NCBI GenBank assembly: GCA_030704615.1
Contig: CM060732.1
Coordinates: forward strand, 48,422,001-48,486,000
Reading direction: 5' to 3'
From: Takakia lepidozioides
Taxonomy: Eukaryota; Plantae; Bryophyta
DNA length: 64,000 nucleotides
Under the pieces are notes generated by a model. It made no database searches. It saw only the letters and a program-made list of their open reading frames with translations, and was not told the DNA's origin. Positions 62,220 to 64,000 of the stretch are shown in pieces; the stretch's first letter is position 1; every line of letters begins with the position of its first letter. The position numbers were made by a program, and so were the translations under genes.

Positions 62220-63400
62220 TACGACGAGAGGTCTCCCGTCCTCAGGTTTGACGTAATTTTCTGATTTTAGTATTTGTTTCGTGCAGTGAAACCAAAGACT
62301 CGGAAACGAAAATCAAGAAGGAACAAGGGTGCAAGTCGATCCGGAAAGGCCCTGGAGCTGAAGTGGAGGTACAAGAGCCTTTCGTCAGCCGAAGACGGTG
62401 GATGCAGAAAAAAAACGTTATGATGTACCCCGCAGAAATCCCAGGGATGCCAGAAATGCCATAGATTCCCCGGGTGTGTCCTAATGTTCGGATGATACTC
62501 CGCAGTCTGTTCGAAATTATCCTAGGTTACCAAGAGCATAGATTTTTTACCCTATAGTAGTGACATTTCAATTCAGTGCAATTTTGCACTTTCATTTTTT
62601 TATACTTCGACACTGAACATTGGTCACTTGTGTAATGTTTTGTTCACATATTGAATGGAATGTTGGATCTAAAGCCACGTGCGTGTGTCTCGATTAATAT
62701 TTCTACATATTGAAAAATGTCTCGTATCTTGACACTCTTGAGGACGGGAGGTCTCCCGTGCTTCAATACACTCATGAAAATTTATTATGCAAGTTGTTAT
62801 TAAGGCTCTCCACTTTCTCTTCTCATAGTAGTCACTCTTGAGGACGGGAGGTCTCCCGTGCCTCAATATACTGTGCAGGTTTCTTTTTGCCTGGATTCTA
62901 TTTATGGATTATTTTATTTTATTTTGATTATATCCCGATGCATACGGCTGCTGTCTGCCTATTTCCTCATAATATATTGTCACTGTTGAGGACGGGAGGT
63001 CTCCCTTGCCTCAATATACTGCGAAAGTTTGTTTGTGGTTGTATTCGGAGTATATTGAGGCACGGGAGGCCAACCCGTCCTCAATATTATACTCCGAATG
63101 TTGGCAGATTTTGTGGGCGGATTTTATCTTTGGACGGATTTTATCTGTGGAAAGTTTTTTTCATACTTAGAGGCATACCGTTGTCCACAAAATATTTGTC
63201 ACTCTTTAGGACGGGAGCTCTCATGTGCCTCAATATTCTCCGATTGTTTTTTTGTTCGTGGAATTTATTTATGGAAAGTAGTTTTTAGTAGTATACTGAT
63301 TGAATGTAGTATATCCAATTTTTCGGGTTTTAGTTCTCTATGTTCTTGCATTCCCTGTTGACATATATGGTGGACATGTGGCGACGGGAGATCTCCATTC
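62220..63400. repeat. Dispersed array of ~30-bp palindromic repeats TTGAGGACGGGAGGTCTCCCGTGCCTCAA
   Basis: Copies at ~62738, 62838, 62986, 63055 (inverted) and 63205, with partial copies at ~62222 and ~63381. Confidence 0.85.
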
Positions 63401-64000
63401 ATCTATTAAATATATTTATATGTTTTATTTAATTGTTTTTAAATTATCCTTTGCTTTGTCTTGCCCTTTAAGTGGTTAGCTTATAATGAACTTAGTGGAA
63501 TGTGCCAATGATGACTAGCTCCTCTCATGCTGATTTGCCAGATTCCATTGCATCCATTGTTTCTTCAAGAGCATCATTAGTCCATTGAGCCCCTTTTTCG
63601 GATGTTCTTGGATTGAGTTCTCTTGGAAATGGACTTTCTAGTTGTTGTTTGTTCAATTAGCTGGGATTGAGCATCAACTTCAGTAGGGTTGTTTGAACAA
63701 GAGGGTCTGCTAAGCCTCTTCGACTGCGGAGTCTTCTAATGGATTGATCTACTTGAGGAAGAGGGTCTATGACAGAACTAGATCTACGTCTAACCATTTT
63801 GCTGAGATTTGTTTATGAAAACCTACTTTTTGAGTCTTCTACGTACTGTTGGTATTCTAGACCTATAAACAAAGACTTATCATATTAGATTATGCAATCT
63901 AAATGACAACCCTAACCCTAATCCAAGCACTTCAACTAGATATTCACCTGCGAGGTTTGGGAATGACAATCAACTTCACTGGCCACTCCAAACCATGATC

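Noticed and set aside
62730-63240. CRISPR array
   Set aside because: Eukaryotic context, irregular and mutually similar spacers, mixed orientation and no cas genes.
63909-63921. (AACCCT)2 as evidence of TTAGGG-type telomeres
   Set aside because: Two units only; chance or TE-borne.

Overview
This is eukaryotic, intron-rich land-plant DNA. A non-seed plant such as a bryophyte or lycophyte is likely, but that is an inference from a cilia-type coiled-coil gene and RTEX-like LINEs. 1-14.6 kb is a transposon block: a ~120-bp satellite, a defective CACTA/En-Spm element (right TIR ends at 8894) next to a hAT-derived BED fragment and a RING-H2 ORF, an L1 remnant and MITEs. 15.5-53.5 kb is genic: a multi-exon P2B Ca2+-ATPase (ACA8/9/10-like, +), a CCDC177-like 'TPRSLQAC' coiled-coil gene (-), a WUN1/SAG20-like gene that appears to start at CUG (+), a damaged ERO1 copy (-) and an RLP51/SNC2-like LRR receptor with an AGP-like N-terminus (-). 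54-64 kb is again TE-rich: nested SINEs and MITEs, an F-box-7 gene fragment between hAT-like sequences, a BED zinc-finger ORF cut by a solo LTR, and an array of palindromic repeats. All family calls come from recalled motifs, not database searches, and most boundaries are approximate. I found no clear wholly new system. The best leads are the composite CACTA element, the CUG-initiated WUN1, the CCDC177-like gene and the tail-less RTEX-like LINEs.
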